The notes below the pieces were generated by a model. It saw only the letters and a program-made list of their open reading frames with translations. It was not told where the DNA came from and ran no database searches. The translations under genes were made by a program, and so were the position numbers. From assembly GCA_965215275.1 (NCBI GenBank), contig OZ244044.1, positions 560,855-624,854 on the forward strand: a stretch of DNA of 64,000 nt, in the 5' to 3' direction. Shown here in pieces: positions 1 to 9,132 of the stretch. The stretch comes from Thermodesulfobacteriota bacterium (GTDB lineage: Bacteria; Desulfobacterota_D; UBA1144; Nemesobacterales; JAJCZQ01). How positions within the stretch are numbered: the stretch's first letter is position 1; each line of letters begins with the position of its first letter.

Positions 1-2680
1 CCAGAACGGATAATCCGGCTTCTCCGGGGTGCGTGCCCTGAATGGGTTGCCCCAGCTGCATCTGATCCCCCACCAGAATGACGTTCTTGGTAGCACTGGA
101 CATGGCTACGACGTTGGCAGTGGAGACTTGCCCGGCTTCATCAATGAACAGGTAATCCAGCTTCCCATCGAAATGCAGTTTAGCAAATGTCCAGGCCGTT
201 CCGGCAAACAGGTCTGCGTTAAGGTCCATATCCCCGGTACTGGTCTCTGAGCAGATGAACTTCCCTTCAAAGACCGTCTCGTTATTGTTGATGGTGGCTT
301 TTTTGATACCACGGAAGCGTACGCTTTTTTCTGTAGCGACATCTTCGACTTTCCTCAGAATATTATGAATGGCCTTATGCGAGTTGGAGGCAATACCGAT
401 CTTTTTGCCGCGCTTTATCAAGTCCACGATAATGTGGCTGCTGGTATAGGTCTTACCTGCACCCGGAGGACCTTGTATAAAAATATAGCTGTTCTCCAGT
501 GCAGCAATGGCTTTCAGTGCATCACCCTGCAGATCATTTGAGGTAATAATGGCCTTGTCCGACTGTTTACCTTTAATACGTGGAACTTCGCGGTTCAGCA
601 GTTCCGTAGCGAGGTGAACCTTGCCAGGTGATTTCAACACATGATCCGCGTAGCGGTAAATGGCTGATCGGAGGTCATTAGCGTCGATAGGAGCATGTGG
701 ACCGATGGACAGGCTTTCCGGCAGCGGATCTCGACCGTTTCCGCGCTTGATCTTGACGATACAGTCAGAATCATCGATCTCGACGATGACGCCAGCTGGG
801 GCCATAACTGCGACATTATCTACATTCGAGTTGACCTTCAGCTTGTATTCCTGTGGCGGAAAGCTGTAGGTGTAGACCAGTGAGCGTTTTTCATGCTCGG
901 GACCACCAACTTGCTTCAGGCCGGCAAGGCATTCGATGTCATCGATCAACTCATCTTCAGGCTTGTTCTGCCGATCAAATCTACTCCACCATTGCGGCTT
1001 GGCTTCCCGTCTGTGAAACTCCAGCAAATGGGCCAGTTTCTCATTGATGGGTGGCGGGTTTTCTCCGGTCATGCCCAAATGGTTCTGGTAATCCTCATAT
1101 TGTATTTCCCAAGGCTTGCGCTCCACCGGTTTTTCTTCCCCGGCATCCTCCGTCAAGTCTTTTTTGGACCGCTGCGTACCCACGGTTTTGAGAGTTAAAA
1201 GCCAGTTTCGCAGTAAATGCGTGGAAACACAGTCCTTCTCGTTATACTCAACAATCTCCTGCAGTAACTCATCGTTACCAGTTTCACGCCATTTATTATA
1301 AACGACTATACTTTCTGCAGCCGTCTTCACCGCGTCGTCCCGCTCGTTCATGTAAAAGGTCTCAAGGTTCTTAAGGGAATAGCCCGGCTCTGAGGTGCGA
1401 ATGCTCTCGCGCACGACCGCATACAGATCGATGAACTTATGATAGCGCAGCAGATTGTCCATCTGCTCTTCACGCACTGCATAACGACAGGCCAGACGTT
1501 TAAGTGCCGTTGTTTCATAATGGTTGTAGTGATAGATATGAGCATTGGGATGTTTGGTCAGATGATTTTCCAGAAAGGCCATAAAGCGTTCAAAGGTCTT
1601 TTTCTCTTCCTTGTGATCATGTGCCCAGAACGGCTTGAATACCCCTGTACCGTTCTTTAAATAGTAAACCCCGAACAGGTATTCCAGGCCATTTGGATAA
1701 AGCGGGTCTCCCTCCATATCGAAGAACAGGTCTCCATTGTCCTGCACGGGTATGCGGTCAAAACCTTTTCCCGGCAGAACGACCTTAATAACCTCGTACT
1801 TATTTTCGCCCGTGGTCTTCTTGTGATGCTGCAAGACGGCTTGAGAGCGCAGGCGCGAGAACCCGTCACGGTTCAGGTCAGGGATCTTTGTATCCTCTGC
1901 CGTGGAAGCCAGATCAGCGACCGTCCGAACATCTGCCTTTCGTAGTTTGTCCATCTGCGACCGCCGAATATTGGCCACAAGGCTGAGATGATCGTCTTCC
2001 TCCCACTGTGCTTTACAGCGGTCCTGCCACTGGCAGAATTTACAGTGGCTGCAGGGCTCAGGATAGGAATCTGCAGGCAAGTTCTTTATGTAGTTCTCAA
2101 AGCGGTCCTTGGCACGGGCGTAATAGTAGCGGAAGTCATCCACCCGGAAACTGTGCTTCTCATTATTCCCCAGAAACAGGTGCATGTTCACCGGATGAAG
2201 CTCCTGCAAGGTGGTCAGCAGTTCGGAATAGACGCACAGTTGCATTATGTGCTTAGGTTCGGCATTCCGCTTCAGTTTAGTGTCCAGGACCTCATAGCTG
2301 AAATTACCCAAGCCGGACGGCGTATCGCACTTGATCAGAAAGTCTGCATCACCCCGCCACGGTGCAGCAAATAACACGGCCTGATATATCACGTCCGTGC
2401 CGGATTTCATGGCATTAAGCGTCAGTTCTGCCCGGTCCTTCAGTTCCCCGTCTTTGGGAATTTCAGCAACGGTCTTGCCTTCATCCTTCAGGAGCTGGAG
2501 GTAGGAATCCTCATGCTCCAAGCCTTTCTTCTGTATCAACTGGTTCGTTGGACTGTCCTCGGTGGTTGCTATATCCTCGTTCAGTGCCTTCACATGAAGA
2601 AAACTCGCATGGTGGCACCCTAAAAAGGTGACCAAGTCCGAAGGTGAATAGAGTATCTGTCCGTTACTGTCTTGCCGCAT
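1..2680 (-). CDS. Partial (5' part in window, continues past position 1) RecB/Cas4-like (TM0106-family) nuclease + RNase H-like exonuclease + SF1 DNA2/Upf1-like helicase fusion protein
   Basis: Not in the ORF track because the stop lies outside the window. Reverse-strand translation from ATG at 2680 is open to position 1 (>890 aa). It begins MRQDSNGQILYSPSDLVTFLGCHH. It has a Cas4/AddB-like Cys cluster CSHCKFCQWQDRC, a DEDD-like motif DLFFDMEGDP, Walker A IFIQGPPGAGKTYTSSHII, a DExx box YLFIDEAGQ and motif III VILVGDQMQLGQP. Confidence 0.75.
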   Translation of the reverse strand, partial: MRQDSNGQILYSPSDLVTFLGCHHASFLHVKALNEDIATTEDSPTNQLIQKKGLEHEDSYLQLLKDEGKTVAEIPKDGELKDRAELTLNAMKSGTDVIYQAVLFAAPWRGDADFLIKCDTPSGLGNFSYEVLDTKLKRNAEPKHIMQLCVYSELLTTLQELHPVNMHLFLGNNEKHSFRVDDFRYYYARAKDRFENYIKNLPADSYPEPCSHCKFCQWQDRCKAQWEEDDHLSLVANIRRSQMDKLRKADVRTVADLASTAEDTKIPDLNRDGFSRLRSQAVLQHHKKTTGENKYEVIKVVLPGKGFDRIPVQDNGDLFFDMEGDPLYPNGLEYLFGVYYLKNGTGVFKPFWAHDHKEEKKTFERFMAFLENHLTKHPNAHIYHYNHYETTALKRLACRYAVREEQMDNLLRYHKFIDLYAVVRESIRTSEPGYSLKNLETFYMNERDDAVKTAAESIVVYNKWRETGNDELLQEIVEYNEKDCVSTHLLRNWLLTLKTVGTQRSKKDLTEDAGEEKPVERKPWEIQYEDYQNHLGMTGENPPPINEKLAHLLEFHRREAKPQWWSRFDRQNKPEDELIDDIECLAGLKQVGGPEHEKRSLVYTYSFPPQEYKLKVNSNVDNVAVMAPAGVIVEIDDSDCIVKIKRGNGRDPLPESLSIGPHAPIDANDLRSAIYRYADHVLKSPGKVHLATELLNREVPRIKGKQSDKAIITSNDLQGDALKAIAALENSYIFIQGPPGAGKTYTSSHIIVDLIKRGKKIGIASNSHKAIHNILRKVEDVATEKSVRFRGIKKATINNNETVFEGKFICSETSTGDMDLNADLFAGTAWTFAKLHFDGKLDYLFIDEAGQVSTANVVAMSSATKNVILVGDQMQLGQPIQGTHPGEAGLSVL

Positions 2681-2814
2681 ATTTTTTTACAAAAACGCCA
2701 TTGCTGTATTTTTTATGGTTGAAGCACAAAGCATTCCATAATACTTTAATTTTAACAGCAATCAAATTACAGACGTTTTGTCAAGATGGCTAATATTCTG
2801 AAAAAGATGGCGGC

Positions 2815-3142
2815 ATGAGCAAAAAAATCGCAAAGCCTGACTATACAAGACGAAACCACCGAATTTCTTCTCTACACGGCTCCGGAGGGAGGAATAAAAG
2901 TTGAGGTTATTCTGAACAGCGAGACTATCTGGTTAACCCAGCAGCGTATGTCCGATTTGTTTGGAGTAAGTCGCACAAGTATTGGAAGGCATCTAAAAAA
3001 TATCTTTGCAGCAGGAAAATTAGACGAAGACGTGGTATGTGCAGAAATTGCACATACCACTAAGCACGGTGCAATTCCGGGCAAAACTCAAAAAAGATTG
3101 GGTGCGATTTATACCTTGCAATTTGCTCTGACTTGGTGCAAA
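2815..3142 (+). pseudogene. RhuM-family (virulence protein RhuM-like) N-terminal remnant, frameshifted near its start and truncated after ~100 residues
   Basis: An in-frame open stretch 2819..3142 reads DETTEFLLYTAPEGGIKVEVILNSETIWLTQQRMSDLFGVSRTSIGRHLKNIFAAGKLDEDVVCAEIAHTTKHGAIPGKTQ. This matches the conserved RhuM N-terminus (TxDG..K.EV..EnETvWLtQ.QmaELF......I.eHlKNIF.eGEL...s.C.eF..t...G...GKTQ). An ATG at 2815 (MSKKIAKPDY...) is in another frame, suggesting a frameshift. The homology ends where the ATPase begins. Confidence 0.45.
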
Positions 3143-4327
3143 ATGCAAGGTATGTTAAAAAGATGGATTACAAACAGGCTTCAGAGAAATATCGCACGGA
3201 ATCCGGCCGTGGTACTTCTTGGTGCACGTCAAGTAGGTAAAACGACGCTTGCTCAACATATATCTGAAAGCATGAACTCAATATACCTCGATCTGGAAGC
3301 TCAGGAAGATCTATTAAAGCTCAGTGACCCCACCAGTTTTTTAAAAAGTCATAGTGACAAACTTATAATACTTGACGAAATACAGCGTGCACCTGATCTG
3401 TTCATGGTTCTACGCGGACTGATCGATAAGAACCGTCAGCAGGGCCGCAATGCTGCACAGTTTCTTCTGCTAGGTTCAGCATCAATGGATTTGCTACGGC
3501 AATCCTCGGAAAGCCTTGCAGGTCGAATCAGTTACATCGAAATGACCGGTCTTAATGTACTTGAGATTGGTAAGGAAAAACAAAACATCCAGAGCGTATG
3601 GCTGCGCGGAGGATTTCCTATAAGCTATCTCGCACAAGACGATGATATGGCCATGGAATGGCTCGAAAACCTTATACGAACTTATCTGGAACGGGATGTT
3701 CCACAAATGGGTTTTAACGTCTCAGCCAGCAAGTTACGTCGTCTCTGGACAATGCTAGCGCACCTGCAAGGTGAAACGGTTAATGTGAGTAAGCTGGCTG
3801 CAAACCTTGAAGTGGGACGTTCAGCCATAAACCATTACATAGATATCCTTACCAACCTGTTACTGGTCCGGCGCATTGAACCGTGGCACGCCAACATCAA
3901 AAAGAGACTGGTGAGATCACCGCGATATTATGTACGTGATAGCGGCATCCTGCACCGCTTGCTGGGTATTGGAAATTACGATGCGTTGCTGTCCAATCCC
4001 ATACTTGGCAAAAGCTGGGAAGGGTTTGTCGTCGAGAACATCCATTCTGTACTGCCACCACTTGCCGAAACATATTTCTACCGTACATCAGCTGGAGCAG
4101 AAATCGATCTGGTCATCAAAATGCCAAATGCGGAAGTATGGGCTGTGGAAATTAAGCACGGCGTTGCTCCCAAGCTAGGCAAACATTACAGCCAGACGTG
4201 CAACGACGTCGGTGCCACGCATAAATACATCGTCTATGGTGGTGATGATGTATTTACTGTCGGAGATAGCATTACAGTTATTTCCCTGCCAAAGATCATG
4301 GAAAAGCTTATTTTCTGCCAGTCATGA
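3143..4327 (+). CDS. AAA+ ATPase of the COG1373 family (AAA_14 + DUF4143). The ORF is open in frame from 2948 (or 2819) through the RhuM remnant, so it may be a chimeric fusion
   Basis: Walker A AVVLLGARQVGKTTLAQ and Walker B KLIILDEIQRAPDLF are present. The C-terminal half (WHANIKKRLVRSPRYYVRDSGILHRLLGI...EGFVVENI) is typical of DUF4143 and carries a PD-(D/E)xK-like D...EIK core (EIDLV...AVEIKHG). Start ATG at 3143 (MQGMLKRW) was chosen by homology onset. The ORF track gives 2948..4327. Confidence 0.7.
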   Translation: MQGMLKRWITNRLQRNIARNPAVVLLGARQVGKTTLAQHISESMNSIYLDLEAQEDLLKLSDPTSFLKSHSDKLIILDEIQRAPDLFMVLRGLIDKNRQQGRNAAQFLLLGSASMDLLRQSSESLAGRISYIEMTGLNVLEIGKEKQNIQSVWLRGGFPISYLAQDDDMAMEWLENLIRTYLERDVPQMGFNVSASKLRRLWTMLAHLQGETVNVSKLAANLEVGRSAINHYIDILTNLLLVRRIEPWHANIKKRLVRSPRYYVRDSGILHRLLGIGNYDALLSNPILGKSWEGFVVENIHSVLPPLAETYFYRTSAGAEIDLVIKMPNAEVWAVEIKHGVAPKLGKHYSQTCNDVGATHKYIVYGGDDVFTVGDSITVISLPKIMEKLIFCQS

Positions 4328-4486
4328 TGCATTTGAAACATTCAGCGAGGAACAATTTTTGCCAATGCTATATTCCATATGGACTAGTTGTTTTTAGTTT
4401 GTCGGGAATCTCCACCTAACTGGAATAGTTTTTTCACTCTTGTAAATTTATAATATCTATGCTAAAAAACTATTTGGAGACTAACT

Positions 4487-6511
4487 ATGGATGAGTCGGC
4501 TAAAACAGGGGAACAACTGTTTCGAGAAGTTATAAAAGTCAACAACGAATCTGATATTCAAACCCGATTATATACTATTTTGTCTCATATTACGGGACAA
4601 GAGTGGTTAACAGAACATAATTATGGTACTGGACCCATTGATTTGCTCTGTCCTGCTTGGGGGATCGTTATTGAATGCAAGAAACGCGGTTCCGTTGATC
4701 CTAATCTTCCAGGACACAAAGGGAATGAGACTCAAAAAGGTCAACTTGAAAGATATTTATCAGATGTGGAAAAACCTTTATATAAATATCAGTTGGTGGG
4801 TTTTTTAACAGATGGTATCTCTTGGTGGGGATATAATTGGAGCGATTATGAAAGAAAAGCTATCCCACTTATCAATTATCCATCTCGAAAAGATATAAAT
4901 AGCTATGATGAACTCAAGGATTTTATGGAAAATATCCCTGAGTTAAAACAAAATAAATCGTCTGGTTACAAGGTTAAACCCCCTGAAAATCTTGGTGAGT
5001 TACTGTTCGACCCATTGACTAAAAAAATAACAGACATTCAAAGAAAAATGGAACAAAAAAAGGAATTCAAGACAAAGTTGATTCTCTGGGAAAATGTCTT
5101 AAAGGGTTCAGGAATTACTCCACCAGGCACACTGAAAAAATACGAAGTATTCGGATTGCACAGTCTTTTAGTTATTACTTCACGCTTACTGATTGGAATA
5201 TTGAACAATGAAAATGATGTAGAAAACTTGCTTACAACCAGTGGCGATGGTTTTCAGGGATGGCTGTTGGAAACGCATGAAGGCGAAAAATTAATAAAAG
5301 AAAAACTGTATAAGGAATTATTAAAATATGATTGGCAGGGTGTTACAAAAGATATATTAAAAGCAGTTTATCATTCACTTATAGATAAAGAACATCGTAA
5401 AGAGTTTGGAGAATACTATACACCTGATAACTTGGCAGAAATAGTAGTGGAGGAAGTATTAGATGATGACTGGTGCGATAATGCTATAAAACGAGTAGCA
5501 GATATACTTGATAATCCAAAAGAGGCAGATTCATCCCATCTGGGCATGCTTGATCCTTCTTGTGGTTCAGGAACATTTCTCTTTCATGCAGCACAACGTA
5601 TCTATAATAGAATTAGGGAAAAACATAGACACGAATTCCATAGAGCAGCTGAAATTACAGCAAGGCTTGTACACGGAATTGACATACATCCAGTAGCCGT
5701 GGAAATGGCTAAAGCTACTTTGTCTATGGCACTTCCAAATTCAAGGGATTTACATTTACGGGTAATACTGGCTGATGCTATGCAATCAGAAGAAGTTGGA
5801 GCATTGCCACTCGACATTACCATAGACCCATTTGGTAAAAAGGGGTTTATTTTCCCCCGTGCAATCATTACACATAAGAAGGCAAATCAAATTATAGAAT
5901 GTGTTGTATCTGCAGCAGTAAGAGAAGACGAAAAAAAACTAGAACAAGTCAGCTCTTTTGTTGAAGAATCATTAATTAAAAAGTTATATGGTAATCTGGT
6001 TGATTTAATCAGAAATGAGGGTAATCACGTATGGAACTGGTATTTATTGAATATAATAGCAAGTGCCAATTTGAATCGGTATGGAGTGGACCGTATAGTG
6101 GGTAATCCCCCTTGGCTGGTAGCAAATGATACTCCAGAGGGACAAAGAAAAGCTAAAATAGACCGCCTACGTAAAGAAGAAAGTGTTAAACCAAAATTCA
6201 ACAGTTCTGCAAAAGGAGACCTCGCAAGTGTGTTCACGGCACGAGTAACAGGACTGTATGCTTCAAAGGAAGGAACTCGTTATGGATGGATATTACCTGG
6301 GTCAGCTATTATTGGTCAAACTTGGAATAAGTGGCAAGAAGGGATATGGGGACATGCTAAAGTAAAACACGAGTTTGCATGGAGCTTAGATAAAATTGAA
6401 CCTCCTGTTTTTCCGCATTCTCCAAATGGAACCTGTGTTTTTATTGGACAAACCACTTCTCCCCCCCCCCCCCACAAAAAACTATTGTGCAGATATGGGA
6501 AGGTACTCTAG
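4487..6511 (+). CDS. Type IIG (MmeI-like) single-chain restriction-modification enzyme, N-terminal PD-ExK nuclease + gamma-class N6-adenine MTase part; reading frame ends just after a C13 tract
   Basis: Nuclease-like motif GPIDLLCPAWGIVIECKKRG (D...E.K). MTase motif X EYYTPDNLAEIVV, motif I MLDPSCGSGTFLFHA and motif IV IVGNPPWL are present in gamma-class order. GC (~35%) is far lower than the flanks. A stop follows 13 codons after the C13 tract at 6461..6473. Confidence 0.7.
   Translation: MDESAKTGEQLFREVIKVNNESDIQTRLYTILSHITGQEWLTEHNYGTGPIDLLCPAWGIVIECKKRGSVDPNLPGHKGNETQKGQLERYLSDVEKPLYKYQLVGFLTDGISWWGYNWSDYERKAIPLINYPSRKDINSYDELKDFMENIPELKQNKSSGYKVKPPENLGELLFDPLTKKITDIQRKMEQKKEFKTKLILWENVLKGSGITPPGTLKKYEVFGLHSLLVITSRLLIGILNNENDVENLLTTSGDGFQGWLLETHEGEKLIKEKLYKELLKYDWQGVTKDILKAVYHSLIDKEHRKEFGEYYTPDNLAEIVVEEVLDDDWCDNAIKRVADILDNPKEADSSHLGMLDPSCGSGTFLFHAAQRIYNRIREKHRHEFHRAAEITARLVHGIDIHPVAVEMAKATLSMALPNSRDLHLRVILADAMQSEEVGALPLDITIDPFGKKGFIFPRAIITHKKANQIIECVVSAAVREDEKKLEQVSSFVEESLIKKLYGNLVDLIRNEGNHVWNWYLLNIIASANLNRYGVDRIVGNPPWLVANDTPEGQRKAKIDRLRKEESVKPKFNSSAKGDLASVFTARVTGLYASKEGTRYGWILPGSAIIGQTWNKWQEGIWGHAKVKHEFAWSLDKIEPPVFPHSPNGTCVFIGQTTSPPPPHKKLLCRYGKVL
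6461..6473 (+). repeat. Homopolymeric C13 tract followed by A-rich run, at the junction of the two RM reading frames (putative slipped-strand phase-variation switch)
   Basis: Direct count gives cccccccccc ccc at 6461..6473, then acaaaaaa. The ORF1 frame terminates 39 nt downstream. A +1 (C14) or -2 (C11) change restores the full-length ORF. Confidence 0.9.
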
Positions 6512-7371
6512 ATGCTCCAACCATCTCTGAAAAATTCGTCAGAGAATCAAAAAAGTCTTATTATCTTGATAAATTTCGAAGAGGGGCAATGTCATCTCCT
6601 TATGCCCTTTTAATAATAATAAATTCGGAAGAAAAAAAGAACGGTCTTGTAAATGTTCAGTTCAACATAGGAACCAAGACCCCTTGGAAAGGTTTAAATA
6701 TGACAGCAACCGTAGAGAAAGATGCTTTATTATCTATTGTACGCAGTCAAGAACTCAAGGCTTTTAAGACAGAAACTAATAAGACTTTCTTTTTAGCACC
6801 TTTAGAAAAAGGTAAATTACTTTCTCCAGACAGGCAAAAATATAAAGATAACTATCCAAAAACATTAGATTATTGGAAACGGGCAGATAAGATATATAGA
6901 TGTCATCGCTCCAGTAAAGCAGGAGAAACCCTGTTTGATAATCTGGATTGGAAAGGGACTTTATCAACACAACTTGAACCTGCGAAAAAGGAACGTAAGT
7001 TCAAAGTTATATATAACAAATCAGGAAATATCCTACAAGGGGCAATTGTTTCAGGGAAACAAGTTGTCCATGAATCAGCTTATTATCTTGTAACTGATTA
7101 TATGGAGGAAGCTCTATATCTTTGTGGAATTATAAACGCACCTGTTATGCAGGATGTCTGGCAAGAGAGTAAAACATCAAAGATAGCTTTTGATAAAAGT
7201 CCTTGGAGGCATGTTCCTGTTCCCAGATATAAGCCAAATAATAAAGAACATAAGGCAATCGTCAGTGCGGCAAAAGAAGTAGAGCAAGCACAAAATCCAT
7301 CCGACAAACTGGATATATTGAACGAACCGGTTCAAACACTGTTACAAGATTTTCTTTTCAACAGCCCATAA
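6487..7371 (+). CDS. C-terminal (probable target-recognition domain) part of the same Type IIG enzyme, in the +1 frame relative to 4487..6511
   Basis: This frame is open from 6400 and also reads through the poly-C as ...NHFSPPPPQKTIVQIWEG. Adding one C makes a single ~965-aa ORF (...TTSPPPPPQKTIVQIWEGTLDAP...), the size of MmeI-family enzymes. It has the same low GC as the upstream part. The track start at 6487 is GTG; the true product is probably the fused protein. Confidence 0.55.
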   Translation: MQIWEGTLDAPTISEKFVRESKKSYYLDKFRRGAMSSPYALLIIINSEEKKNGLVNVQFNIGTKTPWKGLNMTATVEKDALLSIVRSQELKAFKTETNKTFFLAPLEKGKLLSPDRQKYKDNYPKTLDYWKRADKIYRCHRSSKAGETLFDNLDWKGTLSTQLEPAKKERKFKVIYNKSGNILQGAIVSGKQVVHESAYYLVTDYMEEALYLCGIINAPVMQDVWQESKTSKIAFDKSPWRHVPVPRYKPNNKEHKAIVSAAKEVEQAQNPSDKLDILNEPVQTLLQDFLFNSP

Positions 7372-7692
7372 TTAGCGTTTTATATAGCAGGGTTTTATTG
7401 CTCATATACAACACCATATTATGCATCTGGACAATATTGAAAATATAATAATGGGCAGAAAGAGATAACAACAGCAATAAACCTAATCCGTGTTGTAAGA
7501 TAAACCATTTATTAGAAAGTTAAGAATTAAAGGAAATTATAATATTTTGTCAATTTTCCTTAATAATTTCCCCAAAATTACTTGCAGGAAATGTTTTAGC
7601 TTAACAGATGATATCATATCTTCTTCCGTGAAGCAGAAAAATGCTATAAGAATCACTTCATTATAAGAGTTGCAGATAATGTTTTAAGGCAA

Positions 7693-7720
7693 TTGTCGGG
7701 AGACCATAAAAACAGCCTCC
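7693..7720 (-). terminator. Candidate hairpin downstream of the merT-like gene (tcgggag-N14-ctcccga)
   Basis: There is a perfect 7-bp inverted repeat at 7693..7720 just 3' of the minus-strand operon end (7729). The loop is long and there is no clear U-tract, so this is weak. Confidence 0.25.
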
Positions 7721-7728
7721 CGAACTGA

Positions 7729-8142
7729 TCAATAAAAAATATGGACCGCAATAAAGGCAAAAAAGAATCCCGCTATATATAAAAATCCAGCAACGCCTAA
7801 AATAATCCAGTTGACCTTACGCAGTCGACTGCACATTTTGGCTTTTGAGGGATTAACTGGACAAGGTGCATGACGTGCTCGCCACTGCATAAACGCTGCC
7901 AGCACTATAAGCACGCCTGACACTGCAAAAACCACACCTTTATAATCAGATATAGCAGTGATCCATGGTGCAGCACCGACCAGTCCAGCCAGAACCGACC
8001 CCATGCTGAGCGTCACCAGCAAAGCAGGCAACGCACAGCAGAGCAGCGTTCCAACGGAAGTGAAAAGGCTCAGTGACGGCAGAACCGTCTGCTGCCACAG
8101 GTAAGACCCATTATTATTCCCCATACCTGATCTCCCGTACAT
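7729..8142 (-). CDS. merT: MerT-like inner-membrane metal (mercuric-ion type) transporter
   Basis: TM1 carries a Cys pair, LLCCALPALL (MerT has ...SACCLGPL...). A second cytoplasmic-loop Cys pair is present, HAPCPVNPSKAKMCS. Size (137 aa) and 3-TM hydropathy pattern match MerT. Confidence 0.6.
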   Translation of the reverse strand: MYGRSGMGNNNGSYLWQQTVLPSLSLFTSVGTLLCCALPALLVTLSMGSVLAGLVGAAPWITAISDYKGVVFAVSGVLIVLAAFMQWRARHAPCPVNPSKAKMCSRLRKVNWIILGVAGFLYIAGFFFAFIAVHIFY

Positions 8143-8410
8143 TGTAGCCAGAATCAGTGATCAGCCGTGTGATAGTCCCATCGTCCAGTTTCTGACCTTC
8201 ATTAAAGTGAATTGTGATGACCTTTTCATTCAGATCAACCTCGATGGATTCCACAGCTTCCTGCTTTCCAAAGACTTTTTCTAAAGCACGAGCACAGAAA
8301 TCGCATACCATACCGTTCACATCGGCATAAACTGTACCACCGGGGTGAGCAGCAAAAGCTGGAACAGATAAAGAGATCAAAAGAACAGTTGTTAAGAATA
8401 TTTTTTTCAT
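8114..8410 (-). CDS. merP: Periplasmic heavy-metal-associated (HMA) domain protein, MerP/CopZ-like
   Basis: Signal peptide MKKIFLTTVLLISLSVPAFAA. Metal-binding motif GMVCDFCARALE (M-x-C-x-x-C). Length 98 aa. It overlaps the merT-like start. Confidence 0.6.
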   Translation of the reverse strand: MKKIFLTTVLLISLSVPAFAAHPGGTVYADVNGMVCDFCARALEKVFGKQEAVESIEVDLNEKVITIHFNEGQKLDDGTITRLITDSGYNVREIRYGE

Positions 8411-8424
8411 GATCGGTTGCCTCC

Positions 8425-9069
8425 TTAATATCTAAAAACGTAATTGAATAAAACTTCGCCACGATTGTTCACGCCAGCCTCTATCAGGTGAACATACTTG
8501 AAAAAGCGAACAAGCGGCGTAACGGTAAAGTCGTCGTCCGCCTCGGGCACATGCTTGACCTGCAGCATAAACCACGTATGAAGGTCGTCATAATCCCCTT
8601 TATAAGGAGCCCAGCCGACACGAGCGGATTGCTGAAAAAAATCATCGATCTTGCCAGCCTCGGTGTAGCGATTTTCATACGATACGAAATAACGACGGTT
8701 TTCCCAGTCAGCGGCAATTCCCGCAAAGCCCGCGGCACTGGTCTCTCCGTCAAATTCACCAGCATAACTGTAAGCCACACCAACGCCAGACTTGAGGTAA
8801 AGACTGGCCTGCGAATCCGGGTTGTTCCATCGCTTGAGGAGGTTATTCATCTGAACGGCATTTAAAGTAAACTCCTTGTCCCTCCAGTATTCAAACCTAT
8901 AACCCAGTGATGTCCTTACAGTGGGTGAGTAATGAACGTGGGCACTGTTTCTGTACCCGTCATTCATTAACATCAACGTCCAGCCGCCCGGATATGACAC
9001 CGGTCGTGCCTGAACAATACTTGGGATAATCAGCCCCATCCCAAGAAGGGCATATAATAGAAATCGCAT
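8425..9069 (-). CDS. Small outer-membrane beta-barrel protein (signal peptide, C-terminal aromatic residue), first large gene of the mer-like operon
   Basis: Signal peptide MRFLLYALLGMGLIIPSIVQA. It has an alternating amphipathic beta-strand pattern and a terminal ...LFNYVFRY. No specific family recognised. Confidence 0.4.
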   Translation of the reverse strand: MRFLLYALLGMGLIIPSIVQARPVSYPGGWTLMLMNDGYRNSAHVHYSPTVRTSLGYRFEYWRDKEFTLNAVQMNNLLKRWNNPDSQASLYLKSGVGVAYSYAGEFDGETSAAGFAGIAADWENRRYFVSYENRYTEAGKIDDFFQQSARVGWAPYKGDYDDLHTWFMLQVKHVPEADDDFTVTPLVRFFKYVHLIEAGVNNRGEVLFNYVFRY

Positions 9070-9132
9070 ATTGTTCTCCTGCTTTGCGATTAAAGTTAGC
9101 GCCGAAAAAATCGCAGCTTATGTAAGCAAAAA

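Noticed and set aside
29-2374. Many short + and - ORFs in the first 2.7 kb (for example 29..250, 893..1198, 1988..2374)
   Set aside because: All lie inside the long uninterrupted minus-strand nuclease-helicase reading frame, which has strong motifs. They are out-of-frame or antisense artefacts.
8235-8865. ORFs 8235..8462(-), 8484..8783(-) and 8488..8865(+)
   Set aside because: Alternative frames inside the supported merP-like and OM-barrel genes.
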